Positions 1 through 8,471 of a DNA stretch of 63,979 bases are shown here, piece by piece. A program made the position numbers and the translations under genes. Each line of letters starts with the position of its first letter. The stretch's first letter is position 1. Source of the stretch: an uncultured Gammaproteobacteria bacterium (GTDB lineage Bacteria; Patescibacteriota; Patescibacteriia; Patescibacteriales; UBA12075); assembly GCA_964459725.1 (NCBI GenBank), contig CAYWNT010000010.1, positions 5,739-69,717 on the forward strand, read 5' to 3'. The notes beneath the pieces are model-generated. The model was not told the DNA's origin, searched no databases, and saw only the letters and a program-made list of their open reading frames with translations.

Positions 1-46
1 AAAATACCAGTTTATTTTGGGTGTATTCATTTTTTCACCTCCTTTG

Positions 47-1144
47 CTAGAATAAGCCAGTGCTGCCGAATCCGCCGTCACCTCTGTCTGTTTCATTGTC
101 CACCTCCCCTTCGATAATGTTAAAAGAGTGATATTTTTGAATAATAATTTGTGCTATTTTTTGTTTTTTGACAATGTTAAATATATCATTTCCTGTGTTT
201 TTTAGCAAGACCGTAATTTCTCCTCTGTAGTTTGAGTCTATAACACCTCCAAAAACTCTAATTCCTTGTTTCGCGTAACCACTTTTATCCCAAATTAGAC
301 CGACATGTCCGTCTGGTATTTGCATTTTAATGCCAGTTTGCACTCCAGTTACATCACCCGGGAAAAGGGTGTAGTTGTCAGTCGAGTAAAGCTCAAAAGC
401 TGCGTCTCCGTCTAAGGATTTGTGGGGGAGCTTAGCAATGGGTGAGATGCGCTCTACAATTAATTCATTTTGTTTTTCAAGGAGGGGAGGGGGAGTGTGA
501 TTTTCGTGCAGATTTTTGAAATCAGGGGCATAATGTATGGTGCTACCACTTGAAAATAGACGACTTACATACCTCCAAAGCTCGTTGTGAATGTGGTCAA
601 TGGTGTCATTCCCGTTTATCTTTATCCAGCCATACTCCTCTGCTAAATTGAGGTGGACTTGTCTTACCTTATTGATCAGATCATTATTGGACTCATGTTT
701 GTGATTGGCTTCTTCCGCCTCTCTAAATCTCTCTCCGTCCAGGAGTAGGGATATATCTTCTTTTAAAAGCTTGGAATTTATGAATTTTAGAAATTCTTCA
801 TTAACACCCGAGCTTATACCCCAGGCAATGCCAGTGCCGGTGTAGTCTTCGGCTACTATGTTTATTCCGCTATTGAGTTTTTCGATCAATTCTTTTTCGT
901 ATTGAATTCGGTTGTTGGTGTAGATAATCTGGGCTTCTCTAGCTGATAAGTTGTATGGATTACCTTCTCGCAGATAATCATTTAGCAATTTCCCAGTGGG
1001 GGATAGGTTGTAGATTGGATATTTCAAATACTCGGTCTTTTGTCCGATGGAATTGAGTCTATCAACCAGCATCTCTGCTTGAGTTGTTTTCCCAAGATTA
1101 TTTATTCCGTATAATACGATGAATTTTCCCTTGTTTCTATTCAT
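47..1144 (-). CDS. Thymidylate kinase (N-terminal half) fused to dUTPase (C-terminal half)
   Basis: 365-aa ORF; P-loop YGINNLGKTT and Tmk-like N-half; C-half has dUTPase motifs ending RGDGGFGSTG. Confidence 0.85.
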   Translation of the reverse strand: MNRNKGKFIVLYGINNLGKTTQAEMLVDRLNSIGQKTEYLKYPIYNLSPTGKLLNDYLREGNPYNLSAREAQIIYTNNRIQYEKELIEKLNSGINIVAEDYTGTGIAWGISSGVNEEFLKFINSKLLKEDISLLLDGERFREAEEANHKHESNNDLINKVRQVHLNLAEEYGWIKINGNDTIDHIHNELWRYVSRLFSSGSTIHYAPDFKNLHENHTPPPLLEKQNELIVERISPIAKLPHKSLDGDAAFELYSTDNYTLFPGDVTGVQTGIKMQIPDGHVGLIWDKSGYAKQGIRVFGGVIDSNYRGEITVLLKNTGNDIFNIVKKQKIAQIIIQKYHSFNIIEGEVDNETDRGDGGFGSTGLF

Positions 1145-1160
1145 AAACTAAATTTTTCAC

Positions 1161-1187
1161 TAAAAAGAGAGTGCCAATCGGCACTCT
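1161..1187 (-). promoter_or_regulatory. Terminator-like hairpin inside the tmk::dut leader
   Basis: AGAGUGCC-GAUU-GGCACUCU followed by CUUUUU, between the promoter and the ATG. Confidence 0.5.
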
Positions 1188-1206
1188 TCCTCCCTGTGTA
1201 ATATAA

Positions 1207-1235
1207 ATTTTAGCAGACTTTTTTATATCAATCAA
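1207..1235 (-). promoter_or_regulatory. Promoter of tmk::dut
   Basis: TTGATT-N17-TAAAAT. Confidence 0.6.
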
Positions 1236-1237
1236 TC

Positions 1238-1266
1238 TTGACAAAGTGTAAAATATGTTATATTAT
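1238..1266 (+). promoter_or_regulatory. Promoter of 1330..1740
   Basis: TTGACA-N17-TATTAT. Confidence 0.7.
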
Positions 1267-1270
1267 ATAA

Positions 1271-1288
1271 AATCAAATCAAATCAAAT
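1271..1288 (+). repeat. (AATCA)3 microsatellite in a 5' leader
   Basis: AATCAAATCAAATCAAAT immediately downstream of the -10 box of the 1330..1740 promoter. Confidence 0.8.
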
Positions 1289-1329
1289 AGTTTTGTGCTT
1301 AAATAATGTCCATATAAAAGGAGGCAAAG

Positions 1330-1740
1330 ATGAGCAAGAAAGAGGTCTTTATTTTGTCGATGCTTGTGGGGCTGGTGATCGTTTCCGTTTTGTATATGAA
1401 ATTTTCTCACAAACCTTTAAATGAGGCAGTGGCTGAGTACGAGAATATAGGCATTGAGTCTGTAAGAGTCATAGCTTCAGAGGATCCCAGTGATAATCTT
1501 GAGAATGGATATCCTGTTTACAGAATAGCTCTCAAGGAGAAATTAGTCTGTGGTGAGAATGGGGAAATAGTAGGAGAGTTTGATATGTTTATGATTGGCG
1601 GAGGTGCAGGAAGAATTGCTTCAGCACTTACTCATCCTGAAAGTGACTATTTTTTCTTTGACTTAAAATTGAGAAAAAGCAGCTCTAAAAAGTCTCGCTG
1701 TTTAGGAAATAGCCATTTTGGCTTAAGGTTGAAAAAATAA
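1330..1740 (+). CDS. Hypothetical protein with N-terminal membrane anchor
   Basis: 136-aa ORF; AAGGAGG 5 nt upstream of ATG; own promoter; hydrophobic N-terminus. Confidence 0.55.
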   Translation: MSKKEVFILSMLVGLVIVSVLYMKFSHKPLNEAVAEYENIGIESVRVIASEDPSDNLENGYPVYRIALKEKLVCGENGEIVGEFDMFMIGGGAGRIASALTHPESDYFFFDLKLRKSSSKKSRCLGNSHFGLRLKK

Positions 1741-1754
1741 ATTTTAACCAAACT

Positions 1755-1790
1755 AAAAGCCGATATCCTTAAATTAGGATTTCGGCTTTT
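1755..1790. terminator. Bidirectional terminator
   Basis: AGCCGA...TCGGCT stem flanked by an A-run and a T-run, between convergent genes. Confidence 0.7.
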
Positions 1791-1791
1791 T

Positions 1792-2349
1792 TTATATCTT
1801 TTCCATTATTTTGATTATTTTTTCTTCCAGTTCTTTTTCGTCTCCATCGTTGTTGATCATGTAATCAGCGTCTTTTCCAACTTTAGCAATGTATTTTTCT
1901 GTCTCTGATTCTTCTTTCTGGGCGAATTCTTCGAACGTAGCATTTGCTTCTCCAACCTTTTCTCCTCTTTGTAGACTCCTTTCGTATCTTATTTTTTGAT
2001 CAGTAGTTACGTAGATTAGCTTGAAATCATCACCATACTCTTTTTTGAACGGGTCGATATCTCCAGGCATTCTAATCCCGTCAACAATCACAAAGTCGCT
2101 GTCTTCTTTTTCTACTTCTTTTAGCATGGCGTTCATAAGCACTTCGGTGCCAAAACCTTTCTTGATAAGCAAAGCAAGAGTTATTAGATTTTCGCGGCTA
2201 ACATCAACGCTAACACTGTCCAACGTCCTTCTCAGGATGTCAGAAGTTGTAAGCCTGGTTCCGCCGTATTTTTTTATAATAATGTTTGATGCGGCACCTT
2301 TGCCCCCAGCTTGTTCGCCAATAAGTCCTATTACTTTTTTCTTTTTCAT
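1792..2349 (-). CDS. P-loop nucleotide (NMP/dNMP) kinase-like protein, paralog A
   Basis: 185 aa; Walker A GEQAGGKG; VDGIR motif; same layout as adjacent paralog. Confidence 0.65.
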   Translation of the reverse strand: MKKKKVIGLIGEQAGGKGAASNIIIKKYGGTRLTTSDILRRTLDSVSVDVSRENLITLALLIKKGFGTEVLMNAMLKEVEKEDSDFVIVDGIRMPGDIDPFKKEYGDDFKLIYVTTDQKIRYERSLQRGEKVGEANATFEEFAQKEESETEKYIAKVGKDADYMINNDGDEKELEEKIIKIMEKI

Positions 2350-2353
2350 TATT

Positions 2354-2893
2354 TTATTTAATTATTTTATCTATTTGTGAATATAGGTCTTTAAAGTCTG
2401 AGTCATTATTTATTTCCGCACTAGCGTTTTCCATTACTTGCGGAATTTCCGCATCTGCTTCTTTGTTTTGATCACCTAGGAAGTCCTCAAATGATTTTGC
2501 GCTGTCTCCGGAATTTTCAGATCGCTCTATAAGTCTATTGTAGCGCATTTTTGGATCAGCTACAATGCTAAGTAGCTTGAAGTTGTCTAATTCCTGTAAA
2601 TACTTAATGTCAGCCATTCTTCTGATGCCATCAACTACTACTATTTCGTTCTCGTCATTTTTTACATCACTGGCCATAACTTTTGCTAGCAGATCTTCAC
2701 CAAATTTTTGGCGAAGTAGAGTGGAAATATCTTGGAGATTTTCACGAGTCAAATCAATATCCAATCTATTCAATACATCTCTTAGTATTGTTGAAAATCT
2801 ATAAGTATTTGCTTTGTATTCTTTTTCTAGGTATTCTGCGACAGTGCCTTTTCCTGAAGCGATTTGACCAACTAGTCCTATTATTTTTTTCAT
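2354..2893 (-). CDS. P-loop nucleotide (NMP/dNMP) kinase-like protein, paralog B
   Basis: 179 aa; Walker A GQIASGKG; VDGIR motif; tandem with paralog A. Confidence 0.65.
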   Translation of the reverse strand: MKKIIGLVGQIASGKGTVAEYLEKEYKANTYRFSTILRDVLNRLDIDLTRENLQDISTLLRQKFGEDLLAKVMASDVKNDENEIVVVDGIRRMADIKYLQELDNFKLLSIVADPKMRYNRLIERSENSGDSAKSFEDFLGDQNKEADAEIPQVMENASAEINNDSDFKDLYSQIDKIIK

Positions 2894-2899
2894 AAAAAT

Positions 2900-3400
2900 T
2901 TATTTTAATATTTTGTATTTCAGAACCAAGGAGTTGTCATTAATTTTTTCAAAGTTTATTAGTTCCATGTCTACATCGAAGTCTCCGTTAAAAAGAGATA
3001 ATCCATCCCCAAATATTTTTGGTTCAATAGTTACAATGATTTCATCAATCAAGCCCTTTTCCAGAAACAATGAATTCAGATAAGTTCCACCTCCGAGTAG
3101 GGCTTTGTCGAAACCGTCCTTCTCTAGGTCGTTAATAACTTTTTCAATGTCACCTGATACCCATTTAACATCTTTTTTATCTTCTGGATTCTCATTTTGA
3201 GTAAAAACTACGTTTAAGCGATCTGGTAGGGGAGCAGGGAAGGTGTCGAATGTTTTCTCTCCCATCATGACTGCTCCAAAATCTTTTGAAGTTTGAAAAA
3301 AAAGCTTTTTGTCTTCCTTGCTTGTCCAATCAGGAAAGTGATCTGAGTTTTTTGCAATTTTCCCATCTAGGGTAACTGCCATCATCATTGTTATTTTCAT
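2900..3400 (-). CDS. Dihydrofolate reductase family protein (RibD C-terminal-domain type)
   Basis: 166 aa; MAVTLDGKIA...VMGEKTF...LGGG pattern; immediately downstream of thyA. Confidence 0.75.
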   Translation of the reverse strand: MKITMMMAVTLDGKIAKNSDHFPDWTSKEDKKLFFQTSKDFGAVMMGEKTFDTFPAPLPDRLNVVFTQNENPEDKKDVKWVSGDIEKVINDLEKDGFDKALLGGGTYLNSLFLEKGLIDEIIVTIEPKIFGDGLSLFNGDFDVDMELINFEKINDNSLVLKYKILK

Positions 3401-3403
3401 GTT

Positions 3404-4228
3404 TTAAACTGCTATTGGAGCCTTGATCCCCGGGTGTGGATCATAGCCTTTTAATTCAAAATCTTCGTATTTAAAGTCGTCTATATCTTTTATATCTGGA
3501 TTGATAATCATCTGAGGAAGTGGTCTTGGTTCTCGTGTTAGCTGAAGATCGACTTGCTCTACATGGTTATTATAAATATGTACGTCACCAAAAGTATGAA
3601 CGAAGTCACCTAGCTCTTTTCCTGTAACTTGAGCAATCATCATGGTTAGTAAGGCGTAAGACGCGATATTGAAGGGTACTCCCAAGAATACATCAGCACT
3701 TCTTTGATACATCTGGCATGATAGCTTATTTTCTGATACATAAAACTGAAACCAGGCATGACAAGGGGGGAGAGCAGCTTTTCCGTTGGCTACATTATCT
3801 CTAAATGATTTAGAGGTGTCAGGTATAACACTAGGATTCCAGGCTGAGACGATTATTCTTCTGTTGGTTGGGTTGTTTTTTATTTGGTCAATTGCGATTT
3901 TTATTTGATCGATTCCTTCGCCATTCCAATCCCTCCATTGCTTGCCATAGACAGGCCCTAGATTGCCATCTTCATCAGCCCATTCATCCCAGATAGTTAC
4001 GCCATTGTCCTTTAAATATTTAATATTTGTTTCGCCTCGCAAAAACCACAAAAGCTCATAAATAATTGATTTAAGATGAACTTTTTTAGTGGTGATGAGT
4101 GGAAATCCTTCGCTAAGGTCAAATCTCATTTGATGGCCGAAGAGACTTCTAGTCCCTGTACCGGTTCTGTCATCCTTCCCAGCGCCTTCATTTTTTATTT
4201 TCTCTAAGAGTTCTAGATATTGTTTCAT
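3404..4228 (-). CDS. thyA: Thymidylate synthase
   Basis: 274 aa; DRTGTGT, catalytic [18 protein letters not shown] signatures. Confidence 0.95.
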   Translation of the reverse strand: MKQYLELLEKIKNEGAGKDDRTGTGTRSLFGHQMRFDLSEGFPLITTKKVHLKSIIYELLWFLRGETNIKYLKDNGVTIWDEWADEDGNLGPVYGKQWRDWNGEGIDQIKIAIDQIKNNPTNRRIIVSAWNPSVIPDTSKSFRDNVANGKAALPPCHAWFQFYVSENKLSCQMYQRSADVFLGVPFNIASYALLTMMIAQVTGKELGDFVHTFGDVHIYNNHVEQVDLQLTREPRPLPQMIINPDIKDIDDFKYEDFELKGYDPHPGIKAPIAV

Positions 4229-4230
4229 AT

Positions 4231-4764
4231 TTATTCTTTAATAGTTTTAACACCGTATTGTTCCATGTCGTCTATGAGGTCATTTTCCTGCCAGTCATTA
4301 ATCCAGTCTTTGATTTTATATTCTTTGAGTGTGCCGTCTTCCTGATGACAAATTATTTTTTCTAGTCCGGAATTAACAATCATTTTTTTACAAATAAAAC
4401 AAGGGTAAGAATTCACTTCTTTACCAGTTGAATCATCGTGAAAAACCTTGGAATAGAGGTACATTGTTCCTCCGAGAAGGCTAACACCGGCTCTGGCAGC
4501 ATTAATAATTGCATTTTGTTCACTGTGAACGCTTCTGCAGAGCTCATATCTTTCACCAGAAGGAATTCCCATTTCTCTTCTGAGACAATTATTTCGTTCG
4601 TAACAGTCTTTGGTTTTTCTAGGTGCGCTGTTATAACCAGATGAAATAATTTGGTCATTTTTTACAATTACCGCTCCATGGTGAGCTCTAAAACAAGCTG
4701 AACGTGAAGAAGTTTCACGTGCTATGTTCATATAATGCTCTTGTTTTGAAATTCTATTTTTCAT
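4231..4764 (-). CDS. dCMP deaminase
   Basis: Zinc motifs HSEQNAI and PCFICKK; start moved from ORF-track 4791 to Met10 (4764) to match the usual N-terminus. Confidence 0.9.
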   Translation of the reverse strand: MKNRISKQEHYMNIARETSSRSACFRAHHGAVIVKNDQIISSGYNSAPRKTKDCYERNNCLRREMGIPSGERYELCRSVHSEQNAIINAARAGVSLLGGTMYLYSKVFHDDSTGKEVNSYPCFICKKMIVNSGLEKIICHQEDGTLKEYKIKDWINDWQENDLIDDMEQYGVKTIKE

Positions 4765-4811
4765 ATAATATTCTATAAAATAAAAATACACCTAGCTTTA
4801 AGTGCACTATT

Positions 4812-4840
4812 ATTTTATCAGTATAGGGATAATTAAGCAA
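4812..4840 (-). promoter_or_regulatory. Promoter of the dCMP deaminase-thyA operon
   Basis: TTGCTT-N17-TAAAAT. Confidence 0.6.
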
Positions 4841-4932
4841 TAACTCTTGTGTGGATAATTAATGTGTTTGAGTATTTTTATAAGGATATAAAACTTAATC
4901 TGGATATGTGGGGTGCCTACTTGACTTTTGTT

Positions 4933-4961
4933 TTGACTAGTTTTAAATTTTTTTATATAAT
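4933..4961 (+). promoter_or_regulatory. Plus-strand promoter upstream of the sORF/terminator/Cys-rich ORF
   Basis: TTGACT-N17-TATAAT. Confidence 0.7.
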
Positions 4962-5066
4962 TAATTTAGAAATAAAATAAAATGATAAAAAATATTATTT
5001 CTCAAAAAAAGAATATTTATGAAAAGAGTGTAAAAATTTTCTTGGTTGAAGAAATAATATTTTAAA

Positions 5067-5096
5067 ATTCCCGTTCAAATGAGCGGGAATTTTTTT
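5067..5096 (+). terminator. Intrinsic terminator between the sORF and the Cys-rich ORF
   Basis: ATTCCCG-N10-CGGGAAT + T7. Confidence 0.7.
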
Positions 5097-5110
5097 GAAA
5101 ACTAAAATAA

Positions 5111-5119
5111 GGGGGGGGG
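5111..5119 (+). repeat. G9 homopolymer tract
   Basis: Nine consecutive G, ending 6 nt before the ATG at 5126. Confidence 0.95.
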
Positions 5120-5125
5120 TCAGCC

Positions 5126-5458
5126 ATGAAGTTGAATAGATATATGGTGTCATGTCCTCTAATGACAGAGTACACAGGAGAGATAAGTAAATGCGATGTA
5201 ATGGGATGGGAGGTTAGAAAGCTTTACCCAGAGCACTACTGTTGTTGCAGAGATGGCAAGTGCCTGGCCAGGGGAGAGAACGAAAGGAGAGAAGACAACG
5301 AATGTGTTTTTAGAGAGTCTTGTGATTATGGAACAGTCTGCAAGGGGCCAAGTGAGGTGGTTTGTCTGCTTGGGGGCGATGCAAAGCGTCAAGACAAGGA
5401 TCAGGTCCAGGAGAAAAAACTGACCAATCCTGAAAAAGTTGCCGCAAAAGAGCAATAA
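5126..5458 (+). CDS. Hypothetical Cys-rich charged protein
   Basis: 110-aa ORF with 10 Cys, visibly more G+C-rich than its surroundings; G9 tract just upstream; terminator just downstream; an overlapping antisense ORF makes coding uncertain. Confidence 0.35.
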   Translation: MKLNRYMVSCPLMTEYTGEISKCDVMGWEVRKLYPEHYCCCRDGKCLARGENERREDNECVFRESCDYGTVCKGPSEVVCLLGGDAKRQDKDQVQEKKLTNPEKVAAKEQ

Positions 5459-5490
5459 AAAAAACCGGTGCAGAAGCATCGGTTTTTTCT
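5457..5490. terminator. Bidirectional terminator (Cys-rich ORF / rplA)
   Basis: AACCGGTGC...GCATCGGTT stem flanked by an A-run and T6. Confidence 0.75.
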
Positions 5491-5507
5491 TTATCTTAAA
5501 TGAAAAT

Positions 5508-6197
5508 TTATGCTGTAATCTTGATTCCAGGGCCCATTGATGAGCTAATTGAGATATTTTTTATAAATGTCCCTTTAGAGCTGGCCGGTTTTACCTTTTT
5601 TATAGTGCTGTATAGTTCTTCAAAGTTTTCTACTAGTTTTTTATCATCAAATGAAACTTTTCCGATAATCACATGAAGGTTCGCAGTGTCATCATTTTTG
5701 AAACTAATTTTACCTTTCTTTAGTTCTTCAATTGCCTGAGCAGGATTTGGAGTTACTGTTTCATTCTTTGGAGAAGGCATAAGACCTCTTGTTCCTAGAA
5801 TTTTAGCAATTTGAGCTAGCTGTCTCATCATGGCTGGCTCAGCAACTGCTACTTGAAAATCAGTTTTCTCACTTTTTTTAATCTCAGCTACTAGATCTTC
5901 ACCACCTACAAGGTCTGCTCCTGCTTTTTTACATTCAGCTTCCTTTTCTGAAGACACAAAGGCTGCAACCTTTACAGATTTTCCTGTTCCGTGTGGCAGA
6001 CTAACCGCAGTTCTTATTTGCTGGTCTCCTTTTCTCGGGTCAATTCCGAGTCTGAAGTGAACCTCTACTGAGGCATCAAATTTCTCTTTTGATAATTTCT
6101 TAGTTAATTCAACAGCTTCAGCAATTTCATAAACTTTCATTCTGTCGAATTCGTTGTTTTCCTCCGGGGTTGCCGGGGACTTTTTTTCTTTTGTCAT
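5508..6197 (-). CDS. rplA: 50S ribosomal protein L1
   Basis: 229 aa, typical L1 sequence. Confidence 0.95.
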   Translation of the reverse strand: MTKEKKSPATPEENNEFDRMKVYEIAEAVELTKKLSKEKFDASVEVHFRLGIDPRKGDQQIRTAVSLPHGTGKSVKVAAFVSSEKEAECKKAGADLVGGEDLVAEIKKSEKTDFQVAVAEPAMMRQLAQIAKILGTRGLMPSPKNETVTPNPAQAIEELKKGKISFKNDDTANLHVIIGKVSFDDKKLVENFEELYSTIKKVKPASSKGTFIKNISISSSMGPGIKITA

Positions 6198-6290
6198 AAG
6201 TTTTGTTCGTGGTGCAACGATGTTGCTAGTCTAAAGTCCAAGGTTGTAAAGCTGAAAGTCATTAGTAAATACTTTCGACTTTTATAGACT

Positions 6291-6307
6291 TTATAGACTT
6301 TCGACTA
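6291..6307. repeat. 17-mer TTATAGACTTTCGACTA, copy 1
   Basis: Identical to 12736..12752; embedded in an AGTC/TATAGAC-rich tract upstream of rplA. Confidence 0.8.
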
Positions 6308-6391
6308 ATAACATCTTCCACAAATTATTTAATAATTATATTATTTAATTTTTTTTACAAAAGGGAGAGGTTTCTCCCTTGTTTTTCCTTT

Positions 6392-6667
6392 TCAGAAAAA
6401 ATTCTTTTTTGGTCCATTTTTTTTGATAAAGAACATCTTTCCATGAGAAATACCTATTAAAAGGCTAATTAGACCCATAAAAGCTGTTAGTAAGATAAGC
6501 GTCGCTCTAGCAGGTCTTTCCATATTTGTGTCTACAGAGAAAAATATTCCAAAAAACATAAATACAAGTGATATAATGAAGCCGATGATACTATTATATT
6601 TATAATATAATAAACTGCGATTATCCCTTACAAAAAAATGATTAATCTTTTTTAAGATATGTTGCAT
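6392..6667 (-). CDS. Small two-TM membrane protein, unknown function
   Basis: 91 aa; AAGGAGGA SD upstream of ATG; inserted between rplK and rplA. Confidence 0.6.
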   Translation of the reverse strand: MQHILKKINHFFVRDNRSLLYYKYNSIIGFIISLVFMFFGIFFSVDTNMERPARATLILLTAFMGLISLLIGISHGKMFFIKKNGPKKNFF

Positions 6668-6713
6668 TTTTCATCCTCCTTATTCGGCTTGATTGCGAGT
6701 TGTTTTTTTTGGG

Positions 6714-7136
6714 CTATTTAACCTCCACCCCCATTTGCCTAGCTGATCCGGCTATAATCTTCTTTGCTTGTTCAACATCGTTGGTATTAAGGTCAGGTAG
6801 CTTGATCTCTGCGATTTCTCTCAACTGATCCTCAGTAATTGTTGCCACCTTGTTTGTTAGTGGATTGTCTGACCCCTTCTTTAGCTTCAAAACTTTTTTA
6901 ATTAGAGCTGAAGCAGGGGGAGTCTTGGTGATAAAATCAAATGATCTGTCCTCGTAAACTGTAATCTCGGTCGGAACGATATCTCCCATTTTATCCTTTG
7001 TTTTATCATTGAAAGCAGTACAAAACTCCTGGATGTTCAATCCATGTTGTCCAAGAGCTGGGCCCACTGGAGGAGCCGGGTTTGCTTGTCCTGCTGGTAT
7101 TTGTAATTTTATAACTGTTTGTACTTTTTTTGCCAT
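6714..7136 (-). CDS. rplK: 50S ribosomal protein L11
   Basis: [29 protein letters not shown]; start moved to the internal Met (7136). Confidence 0.95.
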   Translation of the reverse strand: MAKKVQTVIKLQIPAGQANPAPPVGPALGQHGLNIQEFCTAFNDKTKDKMGDIVPTEITVYEDRSFDFITKTPPASALIKKVLKLKKGSDNPLTNKVATITEDQLREIAEIKLPDLNTNDVEQAKKIIAGSARQMGVEVK

Positions 7137-7266
7137 ATATTTCAATTTAGAATTTTCAATTTTCAAACAATTTTTAAATAAATAATTTAAAAAATAGAAG
7201 CATGTTTAAAATTGATTTATATAATTAAATATTTTTTTGATTGAGGCAAGCATGTTGCCTCTTTTT

Positions 7267-7443
7267 TTAGTCTTGTCCAAATCTTCTTTTTTCGGTTTTA
7301 GCGTAGAATTCTCCTGCTTCAATTACTCTCTCTGCTTGTTTGTTTAGTTCATCGACTTCTTCGCTCAACTCTTTGCTTATTCTAACAGGTCTGCCCTTGT
7401 CCTTTAGTCCATGTTTATCTGCAAAAGTTTTCTTGGAAGACAT
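7267..7443 (-). CDS. Small hypothetical protein (58 aa), not in ORF track
   Basis: MSSKKTFADKHGLKDKGRPVRISKELSEEVDELNKQAERVIEAGEFYAKTEKRRFGQD; AAGGAGAA SD 7 nt upstream; lies between nusG and rplK. Confidence 0.5.
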   Translation of the reverse strand: MSSKKTFADKHGLKDKGRPVRISKELSEEVDELNKQAERVIEAGEFYAKTEKRRFGQD

Positions 7444-7577
7444 TTGGATTCTCCTTTTTTTTGTGTTAAATCACAATTGATATTTATCTCAAATATACCA
7501 TTCTTCTGACTTCGCTTACTTTCCCACTTGTCGACAGGCAGGTGACTTTATGGGCTTTATAGACTAGTGACTATTAT

Positions 7578-8123
7578 TTATATTTTCTTAATTTGTAAAA
7601 AGTCTAGCTCAACCGGTGTTTCACGACCGAACATTGATACCATTACTTTTACTTTTCCTTTGGCTTCATCAATGTTGGTGATTTTTCCTTCTAGATTCTT
7701 AAATGGTCCGTCAACGATCTTGACAGGGGATCCAACTGAAATGTCGATTTTGAATTTAGGATCTTCCACGCCCATTCTTTTCTTGAGACTCTTTATTTCC
7801 TTTTCATCAATCGGAGTTGGAATTGTTCCTGTTCCGATAAATCCTGTTACGTTTGGTGTGTTTCTAACCACGTACCAAGACGCATCGTTTACAACCATTT
7901 CTACCATTACATAGCCTGGAAAAATTTTCTCTTCCACAACTTTTCTTTTTCCATTTTTAATTTTTATCTTTTTTTCAGTAGGTATCAAAATTTCAAAAAT
8001 CTTATCTTCCATGTCCATTGATTCAATCCTTTGACGCAAATTTTGCGCAACGTTTTCTTCGTATCCTGAGTAAGTGTGTAGAACGTACCATCGACGTCCT
8101 TGGTTTAAAGTTTGTTTTGCCAT
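7578..8123 (-). CDS. nusG: Transcription termination/antitermination factor NusG
   Basis: 181 aa; RWYVLHTYSGYE NGN start and KOW C-terminus. Confidence 0.95.
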   Translation of the reverse strand: MAKQTLNQGRRWYVLHTYSGYEENVAQNLRQRIESMDMEDKIFEILIPTEKKIKIKNGKRKVVEEKIFPGYVMVEMVVNDASWYVVRNTPNVTGFIGTGTIPTPIDEKEIKSLKKRMGVEDPKFKIDISVGSPVKIVDGPFKNLEGKITNIDEAKGKVKVMVSMFGRETPVELDFLQIKKI

Positions 8124-8215
8124 TTAACTAATTCTAGTTATTGGTTTGCAGACAGAAGCGTGATTTTCGCTTCTAGAAAAGTCTGAGCTGAAACCGACAA
8201 CTAACATCTGAATTT

Positions 8216-8398
8216 TTATTTAATGATTTGCTCAAAGCCCCAATTGAATATATAATCCAATGCGCCTAAAAATATTGCCACAAAAATACTGATTCCTATT
8301 ACTAGAAATGTGTAATTTTTTGCTTCATTTTGTGTAGGCCATGTAACTTTTTTCATCTCAACCACAGAGCCTTTTATGTAGTTTATTATTTTGCTCAT
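8216..8398 (-). CDS. secE: Preprotein translocase subunit SecE
   Basis: 60 aa, single TM, KVTWPT motif, upstream of nusG. Confidence 0.85.
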   Translation of the reverse strand: MSKIINYIKGSVVEMKKVTWPTQNEAKNYTFLVIGISIFVAIFLGALDYIFNWGFEQIIK

Positions 8399-8430
8399 AA
8401 ATTGCTAATTTTAGCTAAATTATTGTAATT

Positions 8431-8454
8431 AAAAACTGCCCTTTTTCGGCAGTT
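8431..8454 (-). promoter_or_regulatory. Terminator-like hairpin inside the secE leader
   Basis: AACUGCC-GAAAAAG-GGCAGUU followed by UUUAAUU, between the promoter and the ATG. Confidence 0.5.
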
Positions 8455-8471
8455 ATTAAATGTATATTTAT

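Noticed and set aside
3404-4228. The ThyA homologue as a phage-type dCMP/dUMP hydroxymethylase (base-modification module)
   Set aside because: The catalytic PPCH motif and the [13 protein letters not shown] motif, with the Asn that specifies dUMP, are intact. An adjacent DHFR-type gene fits a canonical thymidylate synthase.
5159-5479. 106-aa minus-strand ORF antisense to the Cys-rich ORF
   Set aside because: It would start inside the bidirectional terminator and has no SD or promoter. Its hydrophobic, low-complexity translation is typical of an antisense shadow ORF.
5111-5490. The G+C-rich stretch with mirror ORFs as tmRNA, RNase P RNA or SRP RNA
   Set aside because: I could find no tRNA-like 3' end (GGTTCGA...CCA), no GGAAAGUCC-type P4 sequence, and no SRP GGAA/AGCAGC motif. 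AGGAUCAGGUCCAGGAG only superficially resembles SRP helix 8. It is kept as a low-confidence CDS.
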